64,000 nucleotides of DNA from an uncultured cyanobacterium. GTDB taxonomy: Bacteria > Cyanobacteriota > Cyanobacteriia > Cyanobacteriales > CAWCAG01. The DNA lies in contig CAWCAG010000006.1 of the NCBI GenBank assembly GCA_963793425.1, forward strand, positions 19,199 through 83,198, written 5' to 3'. Of this stretch, positions 40,845 to 50,853 are shown in pieces. The position numbers and the translations under genes were made by a program. The notes under the pieces were generated by a model, which saw only the letters and a list, made by a program, of their open reading frames with translations, was not told the DNA's origin and searched no databases. Positions within the stretch are counted from its first letter, which is position 1; every line of letters begins with the position of its first letter.

Positions 40845-42050
40845 TCAATCAATAGTAGAAAAACGCTCAACCAAAGCCTGAGCCTTGCTTAACTGAAGTT
40901 TTACCAAATCTGGTGGCGCAAGAAATTGAGCGCTATCCATATGCTTAAAAACCCAAAAACCAAATTCCTGGAAAGAACGAGGAGGTAAATTGAGTGAGTA
41001 ATCAATGTAGGGATATTCCTTTTGCTTATTCTTTTTAGGAGTACGAATCCTTTGAGAAGGGTGGCGACATTCTCCTTCTAAGATAAAATTAACAACCGGA
41101 GGAAAAAACCTGACCTTAACCTCTGTAAAAGATAAATTACCGCAACGCTCTAAATACTGCTCTTCCGGCTTACCCAAATATAAACCCCAACCAGTTTTCA
41201 ATAACTTTTGTGCAACCTTAAGACTAGCTTTTTGCTTTTCGATACCTCGTTGGGTTTGAGAAACAATTGGGCAGTAATTCTTGAAACGGTCTAAACGCCC
41301 TATAGCTAGATGGTTAGTTTCCCCAGAATTGTAGAAGGGACTATCCTCCTCAAACAAAAGATACCAAGCAACATCATAATAAATTAACTGCAAAGGATAA
41401 ACTTGCTTTGAACCAACTTGACCACTTTGATAATGGTCAGCAAAACGATAAAGTTCTATCTTATTTCCTAATGCGATCGCTTCTTCAACCGTATCAAGAC
41501 ATTCATAAAGAGTACCTTGATGATATTTACCCTTAGCTCTCTTCTCCTCTGAATCGGTGTAGATAATAGCCCGATTGAGGTAAGCCCTTATGGGGTAAAA
41601 CAAATCTTCCCCTATAGATAAATCAAGCCCCCGCAAACGCTTCTCTAATGTGCGGTAACAAGCAACAATCTTAGAGTCTCTTTGATATTCAGCCTGAGAA
41701 GCCAAAGCATTAAAAGCTAACTTTAGTTCCTCTTGGCTAAGAGCGCCTGTTCCGAGATAATAACCCCAACGATACATTTTTTGCCTCAACAAACCGTAAT
41801 CCCTCAAAGTTGCCAAGTCACTGGAAATAGTAGAAGCAGAAGGATAATCATCTGGTAGCTCGAAATTCAGAGTTTTAGCTAGCAACTGTAACTTATCTCG
41901 AATCAGTGCTTTAGCATCATGTTCTCCTTTAGTACTCTTTTCTGTGGCAGTACCTACCCCAGGAAAGTTAGCCAGAGTAGCGATTAACAACATGATGCGT
42001 TGAAAAGATAACTCATCAGCATAGGGATGCAGCTTCGGTGGTTTAGCCAT
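40845..42050 (-). CDS. WYL-domain transcriptional regulator
   Basis: N-terminal HTH (TISSDLATLRDYG); VYPLQLIYYDVAWYL; RLDR; CRHPSQ. Confidence 0.9.
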   Translation of the reverse strand: MAKPPKLHPYADELSFQRIMLLIATLANFPGVGTATEKSTKGEHDAKALIRDKLQLLAKTLNFELPDDYPSASTISSDLATLRDYGLLRQKMYRWGYYLGTGALSQEELKLAFNALASQAEYQRDSKIVACYRTLEKRLRGLDLSIGEDLFYPIRAYLNRAIIYTDSEEKRAKGKYHQGTLYECLDTVEEAIALGNKIELYRFADHYQSGQVGSKQVYPLQLIYYDVAWYLLFEEDSPFYNSGETNHLAIGRLDRFKNYCPIVSQTQRGIEKQKASLKVAQKLLKTGWGLYLGKPEEQYLERCGNLSFTEVKVRFFPPVVNFILEGECRHPSQRIRTPKKNKQKEYPYIDYSLNLPPRSFQEFGFWVFKHMDSAQFLAPPDLVKLQLSKAQALVERFSTID

Positions 42051-42086
42051 TGACTAATAGGTCGTTAATGTAGAGTTACTATAGGG

Positions 42087-42215
42087 GGCATTGGTAGATG
42101 CAGGTATGGTTGCTCCCATATTAAACTAGCTTTTTGGGAGCTAATAGCTAATAGCTAACAGCTAATAGCTGCGAACAGAAAAACTTTGCACATCATACGT
42201 TCAATTACCAACGCC
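42087..42215. mobile_element. 129-bp MITE in the WYL/cmr intergenic region
   Basis: TIR GGC(A/G)TTGGTA; 14-bp target duplication GAGTTACTATAGGG. Confidence 0.85.
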
Positions 42216-42497
42216 GAGTTACTATAGGGTAGTCGAAAGTAAGAATGAAAAACAACTCAAAAGAAATCATTAACTTTAAGAAAATAAAAGAGCTTCCATG
42301 CAATACTATATGAAGCTTTGAAGCAAAGATATTTTTAGGTCAATAATCTCTTTTCCCTTTATTTCATCTCTCTAGAAAAGTTATCGTATAAACATAGTCA
42401 GGAGGAGTCAAAGCAAAGCTGCATTGTGCGTCTAAGGAAACTCGTTAAGGCAAAGACATCGATAAATTCGGTCAACCGCCACAGCGAGGTACAACCA

Positions 42498-42749
42498 GTG
42501 AACAGCACCCAGCAACGTCCCCGTCCCCAAGCTCAAACTCAGGCTTCCTGGAAAAAGCTGCGTCAGCAGTATGGAGGCTTCGCCATCAAAGCGGTGGTAA
42601 TTGCCCTCACCAGTGGTATCTCTGCTTGCGGAGATAACCTGCTGCTCGATGTCGCCTTGCCAACCCTAGTGGGAATTGGCTTAGAGGCGGTCAACGAGAG
42701 AGACAGCAGACGGGTAGAGGAACAGCTACGACGACTCCGGACTAAGTAG
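42498..42749 (+). CDS. Small hypothetical protein with hydrophobic segments
   Basis: GAGG RBS then GTG; locally GC-richer; followed by a GGGGG-AA-CCCCC hairpin. Confidence 0.5.
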   Translation: MNSTQQRPRPQAQTQASWKKLRQQYGGFAIKAVVIALTSGISACGDNLLLDVALPTLVGIGLEAVNERDSRRVEEQLRRLRTK

Positions 42750-42891
42750 GGAGACGGGGGAACCCCCCCTGTTTTCCTTGCTGTTGCCGTTACCAAAATA
42801 GGGCAGATGGAATAAGTAAATAAGCAATACAGAATTTCAGGGTTTGCAGCTTCGTTAGCCAACTTTTTAAATTTGGACTTTTAACTCAAAT

Positions 42892-44553
42892 ATGTATACA
42901 GCTATTTCCTTTGCACCAGTGCAAGGTTTTATTGAAAAGTCTCGTAAGTTGAGAGATTTGTTTGGAGCATCTCTAATCCTCTCCCACCTTACCTCTAAAC
43001 TAATTGAAGGGCTGATTCCTAAGCAAGAGAGGGGAGAAAGAGTTATTTCTCCAGGGTTGCTGCAATTCGAGAAGGGTATGCCCAACAAAATTTTGCTAAA
43101 GGGGGAGTATTCTTCAGAAGAGATTAAGAATGTTTTCTTATTGAGTTGGAAAAATTTATTGACCGAGTGTAAAAAGTGGCTACAAGAAAATGTACAGGTT
43201 GACTCTGGGTATCAATGGGAGAGACACTGGCGTAATTGGGGCAACCATGCTTGGGAAGTCTTCTGGGGTGTGGGAGATACACCAGATTCAGCAATGAAAG
43301 ACTTGGAAAATCGCAAACTTTCCCGTCGTTGGACAGCTATCAATTGGCAGTGGGATAGTTCTAGTCTTAGTGGTGCAGACGGTATCGTCTTTCCTAATAT
43401 GAGTTCTCCGGACTTTGCACCCCAAAAAGATAAGTCAAAGGAAGAAAAGAAGGAACAAAACCGTAAGCATAAAGAAGCTATTGATAGTTTTTATCGGCAA
43501 CTGGCAGAAGTTTTAGATGATTCTAAGTCTAATGCTTCTCAGAATGAAGATGATGAACCAGAAGGGAAATTCATTGACTCCAACGAAAGATTAAGCATTC
43601 CGGAGTTAGTTAAACGTTTAGTTACCAGGGAAGATATTGCTGAAGAAGTAGGTATAAGCCAGTTACATCGTGGTTTTAAAGAAATTAGGCGTATTCCTGA
43701 AAAGAAAACAACTAATCCTGAAGAGTCACAGGGGCAGTGGACAGGTTGGTTTATGGGAGATGGGGATAAGGTAGGAGATTACGTCAAAGGTTTATATGAG
43801 AAAGAGGGAGAAGCAGGACTCCGGAGATTTAGCCATGCTCTCCGAGATTGGGGAAAACGATTCCAAGAATTTTTCCCTAGCAGATTGGGAAGGGTTATTT
43901 ATGCAGGAGGAGATGACTTTTTAGGAGTTATTTATAGCAAAAAAATAAACCAACAGATTCCTGGGACTACAGCCGTAGATTGGTTGAGGGAATTGTCTCA
44001 AAAGTGGCAAGAGCATAAAGAAAAAATTACTCTCAGCGTTGGTTTTGTCTGGGCTGCGCCCCGTGTACCTCAGAGGGATTTATTACAACATTGCCGCCAA
44101 ACAGAAAAACTAGCTAAGAGTTTAGGGCGCGATCGCGTAACGATTAGGGTGTTATTTAACAGTGGGCAATATGTGCAATGGAGTTGTCCTTGGAACTATT
44201 TGCACATATTAACCAAGTATCAAGATAGGGAAGGTATCGGTTATCGTAATGGAGACTTTCTACAGTATGAAGATGCTAAAGGCAATCCCTGGGACGAACC
44301 TCCTAATTGGAGTCATGTTTACACAGATTTAGCACACCTTAAAGCTAGGCACGTTATAGATTTAAACGCTAACGAAGATAATGCTGATGACCGCATCGCT
44401 TTGAAATTATTTGACCTCTATTTCCGTAAACAAAGTGAATATTTAACTGATAATTCAGAACGAATTATTGGTAAAAACGAGGGGCTAGAGTATACCGATG
44501 TAAACCATTGGATTGACGGCTTAATCCAAATCGGTTGGCATTTATGTTCCTAG
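42892..44553 (+). CDS. cas10: Cas10/Cmr2 without an HD domain
   Basis: Starts at FAPVQGFIEKSRKLRDL; MGDGD; YAGGDD. Confidence 0.93.
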   Translation: MYTAISFAPVQGFIEKSRKLRDLFGASLILSHLTSKLIEGLIPKQERGERVISPGLLQFEKGMPNKILLKGEYSSEEIKNVFLLSWKNLLTECKKWLQENVQVDSGYQWERHWRNWGNHAWEVFWGVGDTPDSAMKDLENRKLSRRWTAINWQWDSSSLSGADGIVFPNMSSPDFAPQKDKSKEEKKEQNRKHKEAIDSFYRQLAEVLDDSKSNASQNEDDEPEGKFIDSNERLSIPELVKRLVTREDIAEEVGISQLHRGFKEIRRIPEKKTTNPEESQGQWTGWFMGDGDKVGDYVKGLYEKEGEAGLRRFSHALRDWGKRFQEFFPSRLGRVIYAGGDDFLGVIYSKKINQQIPGTTAVDWLRELSQKWQEHKEKITLSVGFVWAAPRVPQRDLLQHCRQTEKLAKSLGRDRVTIRVLFNSGQYVQWSCPWNYLHILTKYQDREGIGYRNGDFLQYEDAKGNPWDEPPNWSHVYTDLAHLKARHVIDLNANEDNADDRIALKLFDLYFRKQSEYLTDNSERIIGKNEGLEYTDVNHWIDGLIQIGWHLCS

Positions 44554-44618
44554 CGTTGCTGATTTATGCCTGAATCAGAAAATGATACTGTCCGTAGCTC
44601 TTAGCCATTAGCAATTTT

Positions 44619-45623
44619 ATGTTTAAACACCTAATTATTATCAACCCTCTGGGTACAATGTACGGTAGTTCAGGGGGCTTCCTTTCCCCAGAAAATTTAG
44701 TAGGTATCTCTCGGCGTAAGTTTCCCCCTGAAGCAGCTACCCTCTCTGGATTGTTTTTTCTTGCTGCTGAAGAAGGTGGAACTAAAGAGTTTGCTTCCCA
44801 TAAAGAACTCAAAGGAAAGCTGCACGTTGCTGGGCCATTCTGGGCGAAGCTAAACGACCCCTATAACTTCTATGTACCAATCCCTTGGCATAAGGTCATA
44901 GCTAAAGAAGAAACCGATGAATGGCACATTGAGGAAGGTAAATGGCAGCGTAACCAAGAAGAAATCGAACCAGATTATAAGTGGCAAACTATTGATTCCT
45001 GGGATGATTCACCAGATACCATCTTAAGCAATGAATCTGCTAGTGCAGACCCTTGGAAGTTCACTCCGATTTTGCATCCTCATCTCAAACCAGAAGAGCG
45101 TTGTAGTAAAAGTGAAGATGGTTTGTTCTTAGAAAGTGCAGTGCAAATGCCAGAAGACCACTGTTTAGTTTACCTTTCTACCCACAAGTTACCGGATGGT
45201 TGGTATCGCTTTGGAGGAGAAAATCACACTGTAGAAGTTACTAGTGAGCCAATTGATGAAGGGCTTACAGAACAGTTTGACCAACCTTTAGGTAACGCTT
45301 TCACCCTCATAACGCCAGGAATCTGGGGTTCTAATCGCTTTTCTGAACGTTATCCTCAACCCTTAGCGCAAAAAGCACCAACAAAAGGTAAGCCCTTAAT
45401 GCTAACGGATAAGCCTATTCCCTATCGCTACCGTCTCTCTGGCTTTATGGGTAGGGGGCGTTATGCTGTCGCCCCTGGTAGTGTCTATGTTCTGGAGAAG
45501 GCTTTAGAAGAGTCTTGGTGGGACTTACCTGAAGACTGGTTTCCCACTGAAGGTATCAGTCTGAAAAAAATGGGTTGTGGTCTTTGTTTACCTGTCAATA
45601 TTAAAGGATTAGACAATGTATAA
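44619..45623 (+). CDS. cmr3: Cmr3 (Cas5 group)
   Basis: FPPEAATLSG, YRFGGENH, LITPGIW, YAVAPGSVY; gene order. Confidence 0.88.
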   Translation: MFKHLIIINPLGTMYGSSGGFLSPENLVGISRRKFPPEAATLSGLFFLAAEEGGTKEFASHKELKGKLHVAGPFWAKLNDPYNFYVPIPWHKVIAKEETDEWHIEEGKWQRNQEEIEPDYKWQTIDSWDDSPDTILSNESASADPWKFTPILHPHLKPEERCSKSEDGLFLESAVQMPEDHCLVYLSTHKLPDGWYRFGGENHTVEVTSEPIDEGLTEQFDQPLGNAFTLITPGIWGSNRFSERYPQPLAQKAPTKGKPLMLTDKPIPYRYRLSGFMGRGRYAVAPGSVYVLEKALEESWWDLPEDWFPTEGISLKKMGCGLCLPVNIKGLDNV

Positions 45624-46458
45624 AAAAGCTTACGGAATCATTGAAACCCTTGCTCCTCTTCATGTAGGAGCAACAGCAGGAGAAGAAAGTGGGAATTTGA
45701 ACTTAATCTTCCGTGACCAGTTTACTCAAACTGGCATTGTCCCTGGTAGTTCCATTCGTGGACGTTTGCGTTCTGAGATGCGTAATGACTTAGGAGAAGA
45801 AGAGGAAAGCTACTGGTATGGATACAAAGCAGAATCTACCCTTTCTGATAACACTACAGAATCTCGGATTAAGATTGAACACGCTTCTATAGTTTGGCTA
45901 CCTGTATTTTGTCCTGGTCAACCTATTGTTTGGGTAACTTGTCCGATGTTACTGCAAAGATATAAACGTGTTGTGGGTATAGATGCAGACGTACCAGATC
46001 CCTACACAGCTTCTAACACTTTGCAACCTCTCCATGTAGATGGAGAAGATAAGCTCTTTTTTAACTTCGGTTTCTTAACTATCGAAGATGAGCAAGATTT
46101 GTCTGCCTGGTTTCCTTTTGGTCAGGAACTTCCTGCTGTGGTTGTTGCCAACGATGAAATCGCTATGATTCACGACATGGCTCTTTATCGGCAAAGTAGG
46201 GTGAGATTGGAAGATGATGAAAAAAGAGTTAAAGGGGGACAGTTTTTCAACACAGAAGCTTTGCCAGAACAAACCATACTTATTTTCCCTATTGCTTTGA
46301 AGGAAAAGAAGGAAAGCCAAGATTCGCAAGAAGAAACAAAAGCCCAAAAAACTTGGCAACCTTTTAAAGATAAACGCACTGAAGACATCTATTTGGGAGG
46401 GCTAGAATCTATTGGTTTTGGTCATTGCAAGCTGCTAGTCAAAGATAGACAAGACTAA
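45616..46458 (+). CDS. cmr4: Cmr4 (Cas7 group)
   Basis: PLHVGA, PGSSIRG, FNTEALP, LGGLESIGFG. Confidence 0.9.
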   Translation: MYKKAYGIIETLAPLHVGATAGEESGNLNLIFRDQFTQTGIVPGSSIRGRLRSEMRNDLGEEEESYWYGYKAESTLSDNTTESRIKIEHASIVWLPVFCPGQPIVWVTCPMLLQRYKRVVGIDADVPDPYTASNTLQPLHVDGEDKLFFNFGFLTIEDEQDLSAWFPFGQELPAVVVANDEIAMIHDMALYRQSRVRLEDDEKRVKGGQFFNTEALPEQTILIFPIALKEKKESQDSQEETKAQKTWQPFKDKRTEDIYLGGLESIGFGHCKLLVKDRQD

Positions 46459-46487
46459 CAAGGAAAACTAATAAAGGAGGAATAACT

Positions 46488-46886
46488 ATGGCATGGCAAT
46501 CCTACAGCTTAGACCAAGAAGCACATGATTTAGCACTAAAATACCGTGAAGATAAAGATGCAGCCAAAGAAGCACACAAGATGCGTATGACTGTAGCCTA
46601 TGGTTTAGAACGCTTTTGGGGAGAACATCTGCGTTTAGAAGGTTCTAGCAAAGGTGATTACTGGCAAGATACTTGGCAAGCCTTGCACGATATTTTAGCC
46701 TTAGCAGGGATTAATTTGCCTAATGATGAGGTTAGTAGCAATGATACTGAGGCTATTGAAGCAATGGCAGCTAAAATCTGGGCTTTTCCTACTAATCATA
46801 GCAAAGTCGCTTTAGCTATCCTTACCCAGTTGTGTGACAGCATGGTTTGGTGGACGCAACGTTACAAAAAGCGCCAAGCAGATTAA
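46488..46886 (+). CDS. cmr5: Cmr5-like small subunit (Cas11)
   Basis: 132-aa helical protein between cmr4 and cmr6; AYGLERF. Confidence 0.75.
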   Translation: MAWQSYSLDQEAHDLALKYREDKDAAKEAHKMRMTVAYGLERFWGEHLRLEGSSKGDYWQDTWQALHDILALAGINLPNDEVSSNDTEAIEAMAAKIWAFPTNHSKVALAILTQLCDSMVWWTQRYKKRQAD

Positions 46887-46971
46887 CTGAAAAGCTAACA
46901 GCTAATAGCTAACAGCTAATAGCTACGAACAGATTACTTTATAATCCTATACTTTAAATCAGCAACGCCAA

Positions 46972-48663
46972 ATGCACAACAGAGTACCTTTAATGTACCA
47001 GGCACAATTGCCGGAAAGAGGAAAAATTCAATATGCAGGGGATGAAGGCCCTGCTGCTAAGTGGATTGAACAATGGCTAGAAGGGTGTCCACCTGTTCCT
47101 AGTAATGTGGATGAAAAGATACCTCTTTATAAACGCCGTAGCCTCAAACCAGAAGTAAAGATGCCTGAATTTGGGCCGGAGGTAGAAACTAAAGACTACA
47201 CCTTCAGTTGGCGTTTTGTAACTGATGCTGGTCAAGATGAAGGATGTATCCGTCCGGTTATTGGTGCTAAGGGTTTACCTTTTATTCCTGGTTCGAGTAT
47301 GAAAGGTGCTTTCCTGCGTCATTGCCCTCAGAAAAAGAAACTCAAGTACTGTGGTGGCGAGGTACGGGAAAAGGGAGAAATTAAGATGAAACCAGGGATT
47401 TTGCGTTTTCATGGCGCTTATCCTGTGGATATGTCTTGGGCAAAACGAAAGCGCTTGATGGATATTATTCATCCCCAGCAAGAACGTCAGGTGATGGAAA
47501 ATAAAACTACTAGCGCACACGTGCAGATTTCCCTTTATCAACCAACTTTAAGGTTTGGTATTTCCAGTAGTAAAAAATTAACTACCCAAGAATGGCAGGA
47601 AGTTTGGGCTATTTGGGAACAAGCTTTAGGGGAGGGAATGGGTTCGCGGGTAAGTGCTGGTTATGGACAAGTTACATCTCTAGCTAGCCCGAAAAAGCCT
47701 TTGCTGGCAGTTCATTTGCAAGGGCAAGGATTAGCTTCCCAGTTACTGAATAATACCCCAGAGTTTCGTCCTAATATGTTTAAGGCAGCTTTGCGGGGTC
47801 ACACTTTGCGTTGGTTAGCAGGGGTAACTGATAAAGAGACAGCTTTGGCTTTAACTAAACAACTCTGGGGTGGCATTGATGGGGAAGCAGGGGCGATAGT
47901 TGGTAAGTTGGGAGTTAACTTCGTTGCTGATGAAGAGAATCTTCAGGTAGGGAAATATCGCTATGATTTGCAAAAAGGTGAGTTAGCTGTTCACTGTCTA
48001 GCTAAAGTGAGTACTCAAGAAAAGAAAGAGTTACGAAAGTTGGTTAGACAAATAATTAGATTCTCCTTATTACTGGGGGGTTTTGGTAAATCTTGGCGTA
48101 GGATAGACCATGAGCTTTTTTTTCCTAGCTATGTCAATAACAGCAACAATCCTGGGATTGGTTGTCATTGGCAGTTTGCGGAGGAATCGGAGAAACTGTA
48201 TTTGCCAGTTCACTCTCTAAAAAATGTTACAGATTTTCTGGACTATTACCAAAATTTGATTACAGAATGGGTGCAATCTAACCGAAAAACAACTGGTAAC
48301 TCAGTCCGGGAGTGGCGGGAAGCATGGCATCCGAGTAAAGTTCAAGTGTGGGGTCGTATTGCCCAGAGTGAGAGAGATAGCACAGCCATTTACTGGTTAC
48401 ATGGGCCATACTCTGGTAAGAAATCGATTAAGAACACTGCCTTGACAGGAAAGATAGGGCAAATTGGTCGTCTTTGGCATCGTATGTATCCCCGTTACAA
48501 GAATTACAGAGACAAGAGTAGCGGAGAGATTGTTTTACGTTCTACAGGGGAGTATATAGAGTTGCTTACTCTTTTTCCTGATGAGTCTCAAACAACGACA
48601 GATTTTTTGAGATATCTATACAATGTGTCTGATTTTGAACTGTTGTTTGGCGAGATAAGATAA
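46972..48663 (+). CDS. cmr6: Cmr6-Cmr1 RAMP fusion
   Basis: PFIPGSSMKG, DIIHP, GSRVSAGYG, then FRPNMFKAALRG and LGGFGKSWRR. Confidence 0.85.
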   Translation: MHNRVPLMYQAQLPERGKIQYAGDEGPAAKWIEQWLEGCPPVPSNVDEKIPLYKRRSLKPEVKMPEFGPEVETKDYTFSWRFVTDAGQDEGCIRPVIGAKGLPFIPGSSMKGAFLRHCPQKKKLKYCGGEVREKGEIKMKPGILRFHGAYPVDMSWAKRKRLMDIIHPQQERQVMENKTTSAHVQISLYQPTLRFGISSSKKLTTQEWQEVWAIWEQALGEGMGSRVSAGYGQVTSLASPKKPLLAVHLQGQGLASQLLNNTPEFRPNMFKAALRGHTLRWLAGVTDKETALALTKQLWGGIDGEAGAIVGKLGVNFVADEENLQVGKYRYDLQKGELAVHCLAKVSTQEKKELRKLVRQIIRFSLLLGGFGKSWRRIDHELFFPSYVNNSNNPGIGCHWQFAEESEKLYLPVHSLKNVTDFLDYYQNLITEWVQSNRKTTGNSVREWREAWHPSKVQVWGRIAQSERDSTAIYWLHGPYSGKKSIKNTALTGKIGQIGRLWHRMYPRYKNYRDKSSGEIVLRSTGEYIELLTLFPDESQTTTDFLRYLYNVSDFELLFGEIR

Positions 48664-48737
48664 CTTCTTCTCAACAAGAACATCAGAAATTGTGGTGATA
48701 TCTAACGTCTACTTCTTATACTCTACTCTTTTTTGAT

Positions 48738-50417
48738 ATGGCAATTTGGCTTTTGACTATTGGTAATAGTGACGTTCAACTAAAAAGAAATGTGAAGTGG
48801 AAGGATTGGCAACGTGATTTTAAAAAAGGGCTAAATAACTGTAATTTTACTCCGGTAGACAACGAACTAGCTAACAAAACCAAGACTAGTCTTGTTCCTT
48901 CACGAGCTTTGGGATATGTTTACACTCAGGAATTGAAAGAAAAACCAGATAAAAAGGTAGATAGATACGCAAGTTTGGTATTTCCTCTTCTCAATAACTT
49001 TTGTAGTTGTTTGAAGGCAAACGAAGATGGAAAACAGAATATTGAACTATCTCAAATTGTCATTTTTGTGACAGACCAATCTCAAGTTTTTGCCAGCAAC
49101 CAACTTAGTAAGTTCAATTGTCCTTATTGGCAGGATACTTGTGAGTTAGAGCCGATTATCTCCAAATATCTCAACGAAGCTTTTCCTAATGTCAGGCAAA
49201 AGTTCATTAGACTCTGCTCAAAGTCTTCTCAAGAAGGTCTAGAAAACTGGAATAGCACTTTAAATCTTGTCAAGGAAGAACTTTCTGCTCTATTACCTGA
49301 ACTCAATCGAAATTCAGAAGAAACAATTTATGTAAGTCATCAAGCTAGTACTCCTGCTATCTCTTCTGCGGTGCAGTTTATGAGCTTAACTACCTTTGGC
49401 GATCGCATTAGGTTCTTAGTCAGTAATGAATACAATGATCAACCGGGGGAAATTATTGCTAGTTCTACTTATTTACGAGGAATTAAAGTTCAGCAAGCAA
49501 CTGGTTTAATCAAAGCTGGCTCTCCTGGTGGCGCTATGCAGTTGTTGCAAGATGTAGAAGATATTAAAAAGGATGATAAAAAAGAGTTAGATGCCTTGGT
49601 TAGTTTTTTCAATATTGAAAGTTCAGGAGATAGTAAAACTGATTTTGAAGTAGATATAACTATAGCTAGAATTATTAATGCCCTCGACTTGATTGAGAAG
49701 TTCTTTGAACAGGAAAATTACATTCAAGGAATTACTCTCTTAGCGGCTGCTCAGGAAGCTTTTGTGAAAGCTGCTATCGTCAATAAATTAGAGAAACTTT
49801 CTACTATTTCTGGCCAAACTCAAGGCAAGGTTTATAGATTTAAACCTCGCCGACTCTTTAAATGGTTTGAAGGAGGGTTATGGTTCGATGAGCGCTATTT
49901 GATAAGAGAACTCAATCTTAGTAAGGATGAAGTTCAATTAGCTAAGCAAGCAATTATGGCAAAATTAGGATTTACTTTAAGTAAGTATACAGGTCAAAAC
50001 TGGCAACTACTTCCTTGGTTACAAAATTTAGCTAGCACATTTAAACCTTGGGATTTGCTAGAGTGGACTGGCAAGTATAAAAGAGACTTTGATAGCGACA
50101 AACGTAATCAAATTATGCACAATTTGCGAGGGGTAGAAAAAAAAGATGTTGTTAAGTACTTATTAGGAAAAGAGAATAATGAAGATGTTGCTGAGTACTT
50201 ACAAAGTAGAGATAAAGATAAAGCAGAACATTTATTAAGTAAAGATGAATGCGAGGAAATAACTAAAGGTATCACTAAGCAAGATATTTACGAAGTTTAT
50301 CAAGAGAAAGTTAAACAACCTTTTATAGAAGCTATTCAAGATTTGAAATTACCTTACAAAAAAACTAATCTACAAAATAGGTTGAATAAGTTAGCAGAGC
50401 GATTAGCTATACAATAA
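48738..50417 (+). CDS. Putative CARF-like + HEPN ancillary ribonuclease (Csm6/Csx1-like architecture)
   Basis: N-term LTIGNSD and YVSHQASTPAI (Rossmann/CARF-like); RNQIMH = RX4H; last gene of the cmr operon. Confidence 0.65.
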   Translation: MAIWLLTIGNSDVQLKRNVKWKDWQRDFKKGLNNCNFTPVDNELANKTKTSLVPSRALGYVYTQELKEKPDKKVDRYASLVFPLLNNFCSCLKANEDGKQNIELSQIVIFVTDQSQVFASNQLSKFNCPYWQDTCELEPIISKYLNEAFPNVRQKFIRLCSKSSQEGLENWNSTLNLVKEELSALLPELNRNSEETIYVSHQASTPAISSAVQFMSLTTFGDRIRFLVSNEYNDQPGEIIASSTYLRGIKVQQATGLIKAGSPGGAMQLLQDVEDIKKDDKKELDALVSFFNIESSGDSKTDFEVDITIARIINALDLIEKFFEQENYIQGITLLAAAQEAFVKAAIVNKLEKLSTISGQTQGKVYRFKPRRLFKWFEGGLWFDERYLIRELNLSKDEVQLAKQAIMAKLGFTLSKYTGQNWQLLPWLQNLASTFKPWDLLEWTGKYKRDFDSDKRNQIMHNLRGVEKKDVVKYLLGKENNEDVAEYLQSRDKDKAEHLLSKDECEEITKGITKQDIYEVYQEKVKQPFIEAIQDLKLPYKKTNLQNRLNKLAERLAIQ

Positions 50418-50619
50418 CTATGTTGTGATCGCTTTGATTCAAAATCAAACAAAAATGGCGGGATGTGATCGCGATGGTGGGCTTCTCAAATTATGCCTAC
50501 ACACAATCAATCAAATAAATGTCTCCTGATATCCTGTGCATTTAAGATTACGATGAGTCAAGTAGTTGCTAATTGGTAAAAATTGAGTAGCAAATTTCTA
50601 ATTTTCGTATGTATAATTA

Positions 50620-50853
50620 CTTGATTTTGCGCGGCAGGGTAGGTCACAGAATTGCCTCTTTTTCAAAAATGGCTGAAAGTAAGGCAGAGATAGGGTTTCA
50701 GCGTTTTTCTATCGTAAGAGTACCGCGCACCTTACACAGCAAGAGTTTCAGCGTTTTGAGCTTGTTTTGTTGGTTCGATTATGGTAAATTTGTAGGGGTT
50801 CCGCGCAAACGGGCTTTGAAAGCTAAATATAATAAGGGTTTCAGAGTACCGCA
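50620..50853 (+). promoter_or_regulatory. CRISPR leader of array 3 (different class)
   Basis: GCGCGG / CCGCGC / CCGCGC motif triplet. Confidence 0.7.
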
